64,000 bases of DNA, from positions 66,094,001 through 66,158,000 of the forward strand of contig NW_024704743.1 in assembly GCF_018977255.1 (NCBI RefSeq), written 5' to 3'. Both the position numbers and the translations under genes were made by a program. This document shows positions 12,617-24,795 of the stretch, piece after piece. The first letter of the stretch is position 1. Every line of letters starts with the position of its first letter. Under the pieces are notes generated by a model. It ran no database searches. It was not told the DNA's origin and worked only from the letters and a program-made list of their open reading frames with translations. Source of the stretch: Callorhinchus milii. Its lineage: Eukaryota.

Positions 12617-12849
12617 AATGTACAATTTGTGCAACTGCATATTCAAGTGCCTGCAATTTCTTTTAAAAGTTGCATTTTTTTATTATTGAAAGTCGACCAA
12701 CATTACATGCATTACAATTGCATTAAAACATCATTTAGTCACTTGGAATGTGATGTTTTATTTTCTGCCCACAACATTTCATGCACAATAATGTTGCTTG
12801 TTAAAAAAAATCCAGATAACAACTTTATTTTTCTGAAACTTTTTCCGAA

Positions 12850-13440
12850 CTGGCACCGTATTCTTTCCTTCCACTCATCTAGGCAGATCATAAACACTCA
12901 CGGGTGCCTAAGGCTGAATGAAGTCAGGCAGACGTTCTTTTAGAGAACTTTTAAATTGCTGGTTCCATCACAGAAGTTTTGAACTTCAGCCAATTTATCA
13001 TCCGTTACTGAGTTTTCAAACTCCTAATTACGCACAATGCCGATAAATTTTCTCTTGTCTGATTTCAATGGAGCAGAATAATAGCTCCTTTTTTCTGCCT
13101 CTTTTCTGCCTCTTCCCAGTTTCATCCACAATTCAGACATAGAAATATCCTGCAAAAAAATTTAGACCATAAAACTTCACGTCTCTCTGCTCTTCATAGA
13201 AGGATGGCAGAACTGGTATTCTAGGAGTAAATCAAATAGACTCAAGGGCTGTTTTCATCCGATTCTCTCTCGTAGACCGTTGGTGCTGGATAATTTTCAT
13301 AAAAATAATTGGGACAACATCACTGTAAATTTATTCAAAAAAAAATGACAGCGAGCAAGTTCTACAAGCAATACAAGGCATGTAATTTTTGCAATTTCAC
13401 TACAGAATTTCTTGTTACGGAATCACTTTCAGAAATGTCA
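12850..13440 (-). pseudogene. Possible decayed DNA-transposase (hAT-like) coding relic
   Basis: Stop-interrupted translation DISESDSVTRNSVVKL...QDISMSELWMKLGRGRK...KSDKRKFIGIV; only a loose pattern resemblance. Confidence 0.2.
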
Positions 13441-15129
13441 CAAATTGTCACCCATTAAAATAATTAAAGGATTGGTGTTTTTGATGGGGTTCAACTCTCT
13501 TTGAAGAAGAAGCATTAAATAAACTAAACAGGTCTTACAATGCTAGTGTCCTAATAACATTTTGAATCTAAAACACTCATTAATGGCTATAAGTAATGGT
13601 TTGTGGCCCAAAATGAAAATGGATGTTTTAGAAAAGCACTTACGTAGATTTACACAGACCGTACAGCATGGCAACAGGCCATTCTACCCAACAAGTCTGT
13701 GCCAGTGTTTATATTTCACATGATTCTCCACCAAATCCTTACTCCCTTACTTCTTACTCCTTTCTATACCCTTCTACTCCCTTCTACTGCCTTTTCCTTC
13801 ATGTGTATGTCGAGCTTCCTCTTCAATATAACTGTATGAGACATTAAATCTAGTTTATCTGTCCAAGCGGACATTAAAGATCCCATGTCACTATTTGAAA
13901 AGAGAAGGGAATTTCTCCCAGTGTCCTGGTCAACAATCCTCCAGATAAAATTGACCTTTCATCTCCTGGTTGTTCCTACGATATTGTTGTGAACAAATTA
14001 GTTGCATCTACATATACAAAATCACTGTACTTAACAGTGACCAATGTGAAGTGCTTTGAGACTTTATAAACAATATCAAATGCAAAAATTGTTATCAATA
14101 TTATTATCATTGCAATTGTGATATTATTAAATCTTCCACCAATAATCTGCAAAATATGTATGAATGCAAACATAAATAGAAAATCTAAGCAGAATAACAA
14201 CCCTGTTGGCCTCCAAACTGCCATTTTAAGGCTTTAGGCTCAGCTGCCTGTAGCAGTTTGTTTCTGAACAGCTGAAGTTCTTCCACATACAACGAGCAAC
14301 ACATGAATACAACCGTAAATCTGTTATCTCTCTCACTTGCATAACTGGGATACAGGAAGATCACATTTATTCAATATAAAAAGAAACAAAAAGATCGGTC
14401 AGAAAATTAACTTCAAACAGACCAAGATACATAAACATTATATTTGAAAAACAGGAAAAAAAATTGCTGTATTGATTTCATTATTTGTATCTGTGTGCAC
14501 CAGTCACCTTGTAAGTGTGTAATCTTGTAAAATAGATTTTCAACAAAATGAAAATATTTTTCAATACTCATTGGCAGGCCGGCTACTTTCCTTCGGACTG
14601 TTTTCTGAAGTTAACTTGGCTGCTTGCCAACAAACTTTACACAGAACCACGTGAAGCTTTATCAGGAGGCTGGTAGGTCAACAGGAATGTTCACTGCATG
14701 TGATTTAGTGTATAATCAAACATATCTTTTGTTGGCTGTCTTCGAGCAAAGCAATATCTTGTACAGCACCATCAGCACATTCATGTACTTTTTGAAAACA
14801 TTTATTATAAATTGCAGCCAGCATTTTTTTTATTTATGAACTCACAAAACCTCTTTTTATCTAATGTTATTATCTAAGGCCTCAGCTGAAATTCTTGAGG
14901 ATTTTCCTGTTTCTGTTTGACTAAAATTCAAAACGAGACTGGGAGAATATATTTGGGTCGATGCTACATTTTCTTTATAGCGATGCCACCAGGACATTGG
15001 TGCCATCAGTGGCAATGTAAGGTAACCAAAGCATGCTCTTACGTATTAGCAAACAAGAAGCTCCTCGCTACAGTGTTAACACAAATTCACACTTAGAGAA
15101 AAGAGGGGATGAATTCTCACTGACAATTA

Positions 15130-16530
15130 GTTGCTAACCTTGCAAGTCAAAGCCTTAATGGTTAGGATGGTCTTAACTAGACAACTAGTGCTAAACTTGC
15201 CAGAGAGTAGTGTTTGCAATGCCAGGATGCAGAGCTTTATCTGATGAAACTTCAGGAGTACCCCAATGTATATTATGGGTCCCTATGCCTTGAATTTTGC
15301 CAACCTGTTCCAAATAAATTCTGGGATTTGGTGACCTGGATGCACCCCTCCGAGGAGAGAATGTACATTTCATTCTGACAACAGGAAATTTCAATTCATA
15401 TGTGGAACTCTCACTACTCTTCAATATCTATATGCTCCCACTTGGTGACATCATCCACAGACATGGGGTCAACTTCCACATATATGCGGATGACACCCAA
15501 CTCTACCTCTCTGCCTCCACCCTTGACTCCAGGACCACTGCTGTCCTGACAGAATGTCTGTCAGACATCAAGCCCTGGATGAGCGCTAACTTTCTTCAGT
15601 TGAACGTCAACAAGACCAAAACTCTCCTAATTGGCTCCGGTCAGCGACACCTCACCTCAGGCGCTGCCAGCATCACCATCCATGGTTGCACATTCCACCT
15701 TGCTAAGCCAGTCCAGAACCTTGGGGTTTTGTTTGACCCTCAAGTATGATTTCTACCCCACATCTGCGCCATGACCCGCTCTGCCTTCCTCCACCTCCGC
15801 AACGTTGCCCGGCTCCACCACTGTCTCACACTGCAGGCCGTCGAAACCCTCATACACGCTTTCATTACACCGAGGCTCAACTATGCAAATTCATTCCTTG
15901 TCAGCCTCCCCAACTCCTCCCTCCACAGGTTGCAGATCATCCTGAACTCTGCAGCCCGTGTCCTCTCCTCCACTAGGCACCGTGACCCTATCATTCCCAT
16001 CCTTGTCCAACTCCACTGGCTTCCCATCACACAGAGGATATAGTTCAAGATCCTGGTCCTTATCTTCAAAGCCCTCCACGGTCTTGCTAGCCCCTACCTC
16101 TGCGACCTCCTAACCCCCTACCATCCTGTTCGCTCCTTCTACTCAGCGGGCTCTGGCCTGCTTCATGTCCCCCACCTCACTTGCCCCACCATTGACGGGC
16201 GAGCCTTCCGCCACTCTGCCCCCCATTCCCCCCTCCATCCTACAGTCCCTCCACCTCGCCTCCTCCCTTGCCACCTTCAAGACCCATCTCAAAACCCTCC
16301 TGTTCGACCGTGCTTTCAATTTCCCGGCTTTCCCACCCCACCCTCCACCCTCCCAAGCCTGACCCCAGCTTGGGTCCAAAACTCTGCCTGTCCAGCACCT
16401 TGGGACGTCCTCCTGATGTGAAAGGCGCTATATAAATATAATTTTGTTGTTTTGTTGTACTCTGGTTTGGATACTTTTAAGTATGATGGTCAGTTTCCAA
16501 ATGTCAATCATTTGACTGACCCAAGAAAAA
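15130..16530 (+). repeat. Family X copy (15130-15413 plus 16459-16530) split by L2
   Basis: Flanks join as ATGTGGAACTCTCA|CTCTGGTTTGGATACT, matching the uninterrupted 54130-54160. Confidence 0.75.
15414..16458 (+). mobile_element. L2-clade LINE, 5'-truncated, RT pseudogene
   Basis: LLFNIYMLPLGDII..HIYADDTQLYLS..WMSANFLQLN..LHWLPITQRI across frameshifts; tail GGGACGTCCTCCTGATGTGAAAGGCGCTATA then TTG repeats. Confidence 0.95.
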
Positions 16531-16759
16531 GCACCAATATCATTTATATTTGATGAAGATACTGTTTGTTACATGGAGAACAATTTTAAAGTTTGCAGAA
16601 CTGAGTCAACGTTCAAATGTTTCAGTCCTTGATAGAGGTGTGTAAATTGGGTGTATGAGTTAATTAACAATCCTTATATTTGATATAAGTTTTATTCTAT
16701 CATAAAAGCATCTCAAAGGATTTACTCTAAAGTGCAGTGACTTCATAGGTGAATCTAAA

Positions 16760-17075
16760 AGGTAGGGTTGTCCCAGCTGAACAAGCAGCAGGAGAGATTG
16801 CCAGACAGTGCTATTGATGGCAAGCTATGCGGTTTTAGCTGGTTGGACTCCAGCAGTACCTCATCGTACACTCTCGGGTCTCCTAATACAAAAAATATTG
16901 TTGATATTATCTAATACTCTCCAGAATACATAAGCAGAGTGCGTGTATCTGGGGAGAAAGTAACCACTCCGTTCCATACACAGAATTTCCATGTGAAGGT
17001 GGCATGCATGAAACTCACAGTCTGGTTTGGATACTGTTAAGCAATGCTGATGAGTTTTCCACATGTGTCAGACAT
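16760..17075 (+). repeat. Family X, 3' half
   Basis: GTAGGGTTGTCCCAGCTGAACAAG...AATTTCCATGTG..CAGTCTGGTTTGGATACT..TGTGTCAGACA. Confidence 0.75.
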
Positions 17076-17094
17076 ATAAATAGGAGCCCTGAAG

Positions 17095-17300
17095 GCCGAA
17101 GACAGAAAATGCTTGTCCTTAAAACCTATCCTTAATATCCTTAATGACAGGTTTGGGACTGAACAGCACCCCCCACCCCCACCCTCCTCCCACCACCATC
17201 AACGTCAAGAGAATGATTTTATCCAGCCCTGCTGAAGAAGCAATATTGCTGATATGCTTTATTTAGTGAGCAAGGACCTTCATTCTGCATGGATGTGAGA
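17095..17300 (+). repeat. Family Y, unclassified old repeat
   Basis: Shares GACAGAAAAT..GTCCTT..TCCTTAA..CTGAACA and CCTGCTGAAGA..TTAGTGAGCAAG with 28800-28925 and the reverse complement of 29100-29270. Confidence 0.55.
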
Positions 17301-17689
17301 GCAATGATTCAGAGCTGCTCAACCATTTGAACCCATTTTCGTTGTCGTTTGTTTACAGGGGTTTTTCTGAAATGGTTAGGATTTGGATTAAATTAATTTC
17401 AGGGATATCTGTTTCTAAATTCCGTTAAGATGACTTGCTATCAATTCTCAGAATATTTAGTGTCAACTTCTTCAGCCTGTTAGTCATAACAATGTGCAGT
17501 GGCAGACTTGAAGTCTGAACATCTCCTCAATGTAAAACAAAACACTTAGGATTAATTTGTCCTAAATGTCACTATTTAAAATATGCTCATCTGATTTCTT
17601 AAAATAGAAATACCAATGTAAATCTAAATTTAATTAGAAACTGGAAAAAAAGCCCATAGCAAACATACCTCAAACATTTTTTGTTTTTG

Positions 17690-18155
17690 GTCAGCCTTCA
17701 GGGCTTCCATCTATGTCTCCTGCCTTCCGACCTGATTACTCTCTGCTCCAGCACCTGCCGCTTCCCCTCGGCGGGCTCCGACCTCCTTATTGTCCCTCGT
17801 CCCCTTCACTCCATCATCAGTGGCTTTCAGCCACTTCGCCCCGAAGCTTTGGAACTCTCTCCCTCAATCCCCTTGCCTTGCCTCCTCCTTCCTCTTTTTC
17901 AGATCACGCTAAAGGTCTTCCCCCCACCCTCTGTCTCAGCATCAGGTTCCACCACTGCGTGAAGGGCACCATATAAATACAACAACAACAAATTGCATTT
18001 ACATAGCACCTTTCATGTTGAGAGGATGTCCCAAGGTGCTAGTCAGTGAAGAGTTTGGACCTGAGCTGCAGGCTGGAGTCAAGATGGGTGGAGGGCAAGG
18101 AGAGTGGTGGTGGAAAGATTACTGAAGGCATGGCAAAGAGTAAGGTCTTGAGACA
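17690..18155. mobile_element. Two L2 3' ends facing tail to tail
   Basis: Plus-strand degraded L2 3' region to about 17978, then (ACA)n and a minus-strand L2 tail. Confidence 0.6.
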
Positions 18156-19213
18156 AAAAATGCAGGTAGTTGTCATCTGATAATTATCACATTGCACACT
18201 AACTAAGGTAAGGAAGTATTTATTTTCACAGGTATTAATAAGAATGAACTAAGAGGAAAGCCCATAGAGGAGAAATTGGTTGTGCGATTTTATACAATAC
18301 AATTTATAGTTATATAGTGCCTTTCACATTGGGAGGACATCCTTTTGGATGTCTGACAATTCTGACTGGCCAATAGAAGTGTGGGTGGGAGCTAAGGGGG
18401 TGAGAAGAAGAATGACCGAAAGCCTGGTCAAAGAGGTACATTTTGAGGCATACTATGTAAGAGGGAAGTGAGGGAGTAAGTTGAGGGCCCTAGTAATGGA
18501 GTTCCAGAGGGAGTGGAGTTGAAGAATGATATAAAGAAAGACTTGGAGAGTAAAAATATTAAGGTATACAACGAGAGGCATGGATGCTGGTTTAGGGGAG
18601 GTTTACAAAGATTTACAAAGAATGTACCATGAGGAAACAGGCGACTCAGCTCATCCAGTCCATGCTGGTGTTTATACCCTACATGAGTCTCCCCAAACCC
18701 TTACTCCCTCACTTACACTTCTATTCTCCTTTCCCTCATGTGAAGCTCCAGCTTCTTCTTGAGGCACTGCCTAACTGCTTCAAGTTTGTAGTACCATTGG
18801 ATGGTTTGGGATGGACTGGGATCAATAGGCTTAGATCTTCTCCTGTTCCTATTTTTTATGTTCCTTTTTCAGTGTAAACTTTATATTGATAAGAAAAACA
18901 ATTATAATACTTTGATATAGCATCTTATCAGTTTGAAATATATTAAAGTGTGCCTCATCTTGGGAGCATGTCTCAAAGGGGTTCACAGGATACAATGTAA
19001 TGTGCAGTGATTGTGTATTTTGTGGGCAAATGTGGCTCCCAACTTGCACACAGTAATGTCCCACAAACAACCCTGAAGTAAATAACCATTTTTTTAAATT
19101 CTGGATATATCTGGAGCATTGTTGGTGAGGACTCCAGGAGAAATTAAATTCCCTTTTTGAATAGTGCTATGTGATTCTTAAGATCTACCTGAATAGCCAC
19201 CAGTTGAGTGCTT

Positions 19214-19440
19214 AAATAAAAACAGAAGTTGCTGAGAACACTCAGCAGGTCCAGCAGCATCTATTGAGAGAGGAAAGTGGGTTTACGTTTCAGGTCAATG
19301 ACTTCCATCACAATTCGGGGATGTTGGAAAGGAGCAGTTTATAAGGACAAACAGAGAAGGAGGTGGGAAAAGAAAGACATGGGAAAAAAATAGGTGGACA
19401 GGACATGATGAGATCAGAGGTGTTGATGTACAAGATGAAA
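19214..19440 (-). mobile_element. Penelope-like element terminal (pseudo-LTR) region
   Basis: AAAACAGAAGTTGCTGAGAACACTCAGCAGGTCCAGCAGCATCT..GAGAGAG..TTACGTTTCAGGTC matches the recalled terminal sequence of shark Penelope-like elements; same strand as the ORF relic at 20100. Confidence 0.7.
19278..19318 (-). ncRNA. Decayed minimal hammerhead ribozyme motif
   Basis: Minus strand reads GAATT-GTGATGG-AAGTCATTGACCT-GAAACGT-A-AACC versus core CUGANGA-stemII-GAAA with palindromic ACGU stem III; two core substitutions. Confidence 0.55.
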
Positions 19441-19645
19441 TAATAATAATAATAATAATAATTCTTGCATTTGATATAGCGCCTTGTCACTACAAGAGAT
19501 GCAAGGATTATTATATTTATTATTATCACAGCTTTGAGATGTCTCAAAGCACTTCACACTATATACTGTAAAATGACTAGACTGTATATTTTGTGGGCAA
19601 AACGCGGCGGCCAATTATGCACAACAGTCATAGATTGTGTGACCA
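19441..19645 (-). mobile_element. tRNA-SINE 3' half
   Basis: (TAA)n..CTTGCATTTGATATAGCGCC...GGCCAATT..CACAACAGTC. Confidence 0.75.
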
Positions 19646-19782
19646 ACTCACTCACTCACTCACTCACATTCTCTCTCTCTCACTCACTCACTCTCTCTCT
19701 CACTCACTTAGTCTCTCACTCACTCACATATTCATTCATTCATTCATTCATTCATTCATTCATTCAATTAATCAATTAATCA
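19646..19782. repeat. Compound microsatellite (CTCA)n-(TTCA)n-(TTAA/TCAA)n
   Basis: Directly visible tetranucleotide arrays. Confidence 0.9.
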
Positions 19783-20099
19783 ATTATAGACAGAGATGAG
19801 ATAAATAACACAGGGACAGGTCTGAATTGAGACAGGCTAAGGAATCACATGGAGCATAAACATGAGGCTGAAACAACCAGTGTACATCTTTTGACAGCCT
19901 CAAACCCATTGCATGCTGTACCTCTCACTCAAGGGCTGTTGGAAAGAAGGCAATAGTGGGAGATTAGAGCAAGAAAAGAGGTGTCTGAGACCCAGAGGAT
20001 GTGTTACTGGTTATAGAAGAAGGGGAGGGGAGGCAAAGCTGAGAGAAAATGACCCAGGTTGTCAATCTTCCATCTTTTAGCAGTGTTTGGGACCCTGGG

Positions 20100-20715
20100 C
20101 AGTAGTATGGGACAAGGTGAATGGGCAGGTGTTTCATCTCCTACACTGGCATGGGAATGTCCCGGGGGAGGGAAAGGAGGTGTTAGTGATCATGGAGGAG
20201 TGGACAAGGGAGTCACGGAGGGAGCAGTCCCTCTGGAATGCTGAAAGGTGAGGGGAAGAAAAGACGTGTTTGGTGGTGGGATCACGCTGAAAGTGGTGGA
20301 AATAACAGAGAATTATCCATCGAGTATAGGTGAGGTGGAAGGCAGGGTCTAGGGGGACCCTTATCACATTTCTGTGAGGGAAAGGGTGGAAGGGGTGAGA
20401 GCAAAGGTGTAAGAAATAGGACGGATATAGTCGAGGGCCCTGTCTACCATGATAGAGGGGAATCCCCGGCTGAGGAAAAAGGAGGACATTTCAGAAGCTT
20501 TGGCGTGGAAGGTGGCATTGTCAGAGCCAATGTGACGGAGGAGAAACTGGGAGACAGGAATGGAATCCTTACAAGAAGCGGGGTGGGAAGAAGTGTAATC
20601 AAGGTAGCTGTGGGAGTTGCTGGGCTTGTAATAGATACCCATGGATCGTCTATGCCTCAAGATGGAGATAGAGAATTCGAGGAGGTGAAGGGAAGATTCA
20701 GAAATGGTATGAGTT
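20100..20715 (-). pseudogene. Penelope-like element ORF relic (RT C-terminus and linker before GIY-YIG)
   Basis: IYYKPSNSHSYLDYTSSHPASCKDSIPVSQFL..R.I.SD..FFLSRGFP and HFQRDPTTKHVF..SAFQRDCSLRDSLVHS..GTFPC.CRR are characteristic Penelope-like motifs; frameshifted. Confidence 0.9.
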
Positions 20716-21947
20716 GAGTGCTTTCCTGTTTCAGACAAACTCCCATTAGGGAATTCCATTTATGACCCAGGCTGTCAATCTTCCATCTTTTAGTTGTCTC
20801 ACTGTCTGCAAAACCAGCAGGTAAAGTTGCATTTCAGCCAATCAAAATTTGCATTGCCCTGATGCAGAGAACTTGTCACACTGCATGCTATTTCTTCACA
20901 AAACAATAATAAATGTTCAGAACTGTTAGCAGAGGAAATGTGAGGTAACCCACGAAAATCCAAAAATAAAAAATTGTTTTAAGTGGTGGCAGGATGCATG
21001 GCTATTTCTCTGTGATACTAGCACCAAAAGGGGAGTGGGGGCAGAATATTTTGGAATTCAGATCAGTGTAACTAAACACTGCAAATGAAGTACAATGTAA
21101 TGCTCGACTCATTTTGATTGAAATCCCAGTTGATGTTACATGTAATGATTTTGGCGATGTCAGCCGCAAGTGGGAATCCCATTATAATTGTGCATTGCGA
21201 AACCTGAACCTGACTGGAATTTCAACAGCAATAATTTTATATTTGTTTTGCACCTTTCATGTCAGTGGGGTGGGTGGGGGTGTGTGGCCGGGGAGTTCGG
21301 GTGGGATGTCTCAAAGTGCTTGACAGAGCTGACAGGATGTGCTGGGTATGGGTGGAGATGGGAAAGGTAGGGAGAAAGATGACCAAAAGTGAGGTTAAGA
21401 CAAAAGTTATTTAAGTCCAATTGCTGGCATATTCAATCTTCTGATAAGCAGGACACCAATAAGTTACTAAATATAGTAATAATGTTATTGAATCGTATTA
21501 AAATGCATTACCAAATGCTCTTATCTGCCCTCCAGCAACTGTTCTTTTTAATTTCTCGCAAAAATTGATTTTGAAACTTCCGTGAATCCCCTTTTGCGCT
21601 GTTTTTATATGCAGATATTTCAATGCCCCATCATTTGCTGTTTCTTCAGGCTTATCTCATCTAGTTTTCCTTCACTTTGGACAGTTGGTTGTGTTAATTC
21701 TATCCCTATTTGTAATTTTTAAACTGCTGCCCTTATATATCTTTGGCTAAAGATAGCAAAGCTGCTGTCAATGCTCAAGTTATCCGCCACTTTGGTGGCC
21801 TGGTCTATTTGATAATAACCAGGGCAGTTGTTGAACATTTTTGTGACTTATTTCATGGAAACTTAGACATTTCCCAAAACTATGAGACGATATGTTACTT
21901 TGTACTTCTGAATACGTTACCATCTTGGTCTCCTAACAAAACTATGT

Positions 21948-22127
21948 ATTGATCTATCTTCTTCTTTCTTCTCAAATCACTTTGGTAATCACTTTGTGCG
22001 TGTTATACTTGGTGGTTCATCTTCTGTCTCTTTTCACATTAACTCGAGAGTTCCCTGGCAATTCTCACTCCACTTTATTCCTTTCCAATATCAATGACCT
22101 CTCCACTCACCAACTTATACAACTCTA
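21948..22127 (+). pseudogene. Old non-LTR retrotransposon RT relic distinct from the local L2
   Basis: SSFFSN..VRVILGGSSSVSFHINSRVP / STLFLSNINDLSTHQLIQLY across a frameshift corresponds to the GVPQGS..LF..INDL..LYADD region. Confidence 0.6.
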
Positions 22128-22899
22128 TAGATACAATTGTAATGATTCAACAACAACAACAACAGCTCCTCACACAGGGTAGAACCCAGAGCACTTGACA
22201 GCAGCTGAGCACGATGCCCAGCTGGGGGAAGGGGGAGGTGAGGGGGATAAAGTGAATTGACTGTATGTTTTGTGGGCAAATCGCAGCAGCCAATTGCGCA
22301 CAATAGTGTCCCAAAAACAATTGTGGATTGAGTAACCAAATTTGTTTTTAGTATAATAACTCAGTAACAGTTTCAGGCAGGAGTAGGCCTTTGGTTCACC
22401 TTGCTACCCATCTACCTCTCTAACCACCGATCTCAACCCTAAATCTTGTTAATATCATGGAATTTATACAGATGCTTTTATTGGTTCATTTTTACAGAAG
22501 GAGTAGATTCTTTAACATGATTACTACCCTATACAAACTAAAATTCTCCTGCAATTTCTATTCACTGTGATCCCCTTGTTCACAAAATGGTGTCTTTAAA
22601 GAACTTAAATAAACAACTGGCATTGCCCCATCAAAGGCCATCAAAAAGATCAAGATGTACTGTTTTAATGAATTTTCTGAGAGAAAGGTGACACATCTTA
22701 GGGTTAGGCTTATCTGGACATACACTCTGGAGCTGAATGCAGCATGAATTCACTGACTCCAGCCTTCTGCTTGTCCCTCGTGCCTTCTGTTCCACCATTG
22801 GTGGCTGCACTTACAGCCACTATGCACCAAAACTTTGGAATACTCTCCCTCAATCCCTCCGCCTTGTCACACCTGAAGACTTTCCTATTCGACCATGAT

Positions 22900-23172
22900 G
22901 AGTCCATAACGAAAGGGCATAAATATAAAGAATCTAGCAGTAGATCAAATAGGGAATTTAAGAGGAAATTCTTCACACAGAGAATGTGGGACTCATTGCT
23001 GGAAGCTGTGGGTAAATCAAAAAGAAAAATGGTAGTTGGAGAAACCCTAATGCATACCTGAGGGAGCAATGATTATAGATGCAAGAATAAGGGGTGGGGT
23101 TTGTATGGAGTACAAATGGACAAGATGGGCCAACTGGCATGTTTCTGTGCTGTATCATTCTATACAATAATT
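22900..23172 (+). mobile_element. CR1 LINE 3' end
   Basis: Encodes TKGHKYK...REFKRKFFTQRMWDSL; 3' UTR GATGGGCCAACTGGC..TTTCTGTGCTGTATCATTCTAT. Confidence 0.8.
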
Positions 23173-23530
23173 CTATGTCAAACAAACAATCACCATCTCC
23201 TACTTTCAATGCTCCATTCTAACTTCTTCTTGCATCCCAGAATCTTTTTTTCATTTAATTAAGCTTTCAACTTTAACCATTATGGCCCCACTCTCTTGAA
23301 CTTCTCTTGAAAAGCTCGCCAACTCACATCCTCTCTCTGTTTGCAAATTCCTGCTAAAACCTAGCTCTTTCTCGTGTTTCTGGTTATATTCATCCTATCC
23401 TCTCCACCTTACTCAATAATGTACACTATCCCTGTAATGTACTTAGAACACTTCACTCTCATCGATACACAAGATAGAAAAGAAATGTTGTTTGCCTTCT
23501 GTCACCACTGACAACCTTTCTTTGTTGCTA

Positions 23531-23637
23531 ATAATAATAATCCTTGCATTTGATATAATAATAATCCTTGCATTTGACATAGCGCTTTTCACGTCTTCCA
23601 GACATCTCAAAGCGCTTCACAGAATATACTGTAAAAT
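23531..23637 (-). mobile_element. tRNA-SINE tail with duplicated terminus
   Basis: ATAATAATAATCCTTGCATTTGA occurs twice in tandem, followed by the stem-loop tail. Confidence 0.8.
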
Positions 23638-23723
23638 GCTAACAGGCGAAACCCTAATGCATACCTGAGGGAGAAGTGATTAGAGAGGTACAAGATTAAG
23701 GGATGGGGATTGTGTGGAGTATA

Positions 23724-24098
23724 AATAATAATAATCCTTGCATTTGATACAGCGCTTTTCACGTCGGGAGGACGTCCCAAAGCGTTTCACAGAACACACG
23801 GTAAAGTGAATTGACTGTATATTTGTGGGCGAACGCGGCAGCCAATTGCGCACAGTTGTGTCCCAAAAAACAGTCATGAATTGAGTAACCAAAATTATTA
23901 TTGTTTGTTTTTTTGAAGGAATTATTACACCTGGAAAAGCGATCTGCAAATCGATTAACAACCGGGTTCCTTCTTACTGCTCGGTAAACAGAGGAGTGTG
24001 GAGTAAGAAACTTGCCCAACATTTCGCCCTGCCGGGTATCGAACCCAGGTCTCTTGCTTGTGAGGTGAGTGCTCTAACCACTGAGCTACAGCACTCCA
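23724..24098 (-). mobile_element. tRNA-SINE, long (extended CORE-like) variant with L2-type CTCCC loop
   Basis: A and B boxes, extra ~60-bp CTGTTTACC.AGCAGTAAG.AGGAACC segment, tail GGGACGTCCTCCCGACGTGAAAAGCGC. Confidence 0.9.
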
Positions 24099-24495
24099 AG
24101 TCAGGAAAAAGTGCTTCACAAGATTTACTACGCGCTGCAATTACTGGTGAACATGGCGGCTAATTTGCACACAGCAGTATCCCACAAAAGGCCATAAAAT
24201 GAATGACCAATTTTGTATTTGGGGGATTGTTGCCCAGGACAGCAGGAGAAACACCTTGCTCTAAAATGGACTTGCTCCATTTTACAACAACAACTAATTG
24301 TATTTATATAGCGCTATTTATATAGGGAGGACCTCCCACAGTGCTGGACTGTTTGGTTAGCCTCTGAGCTCTGGGTTGGATTCATAAGGGGTGGGGGCCA
24401 AGAGAGATGGGGGTAAATATTTATTAACACTACTTCTAAATGTTCTCTTTTACTTTGCGAACCTCACATAATTGCGCACAGCAGTGTCCCACAAA

Positions 24496-24795
24496 CAATA
24501 AGCACAACAGCAATGGACCCACACACAGCAATGGGAGCCAATGGACACACACACAGCAATGAACACACACACACAGCAATGGGCACACACACAACAATGG
24601 GAACCAATGGAAACTCACAGCAATCGACGCGCACACTCACACACACACACACACACACACAGCAATGGGCACACACACACACACAGCAACGTTAACAAAA
24701 CTTAACAAAACAAAATAAAAAAAGTTCACAAAACTTTTTTAAAAAAAAGTTAACAAAATGTTAACAAAACGTTAACAAAAAAAAGTTAACAAAAC
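24496..24795. repeat. Two adjacent minisatellites: (CA)n-GCAATGG units and GTTAACAAAA units
   Basis: Directly visible irregular tandem units. Confidence 0.85.

Noticed and set aside
24496..24795. Repeat array as CRISPR-like
   Set aside because: Irregular low-complexity units, no unique spacers, eukaryotic context
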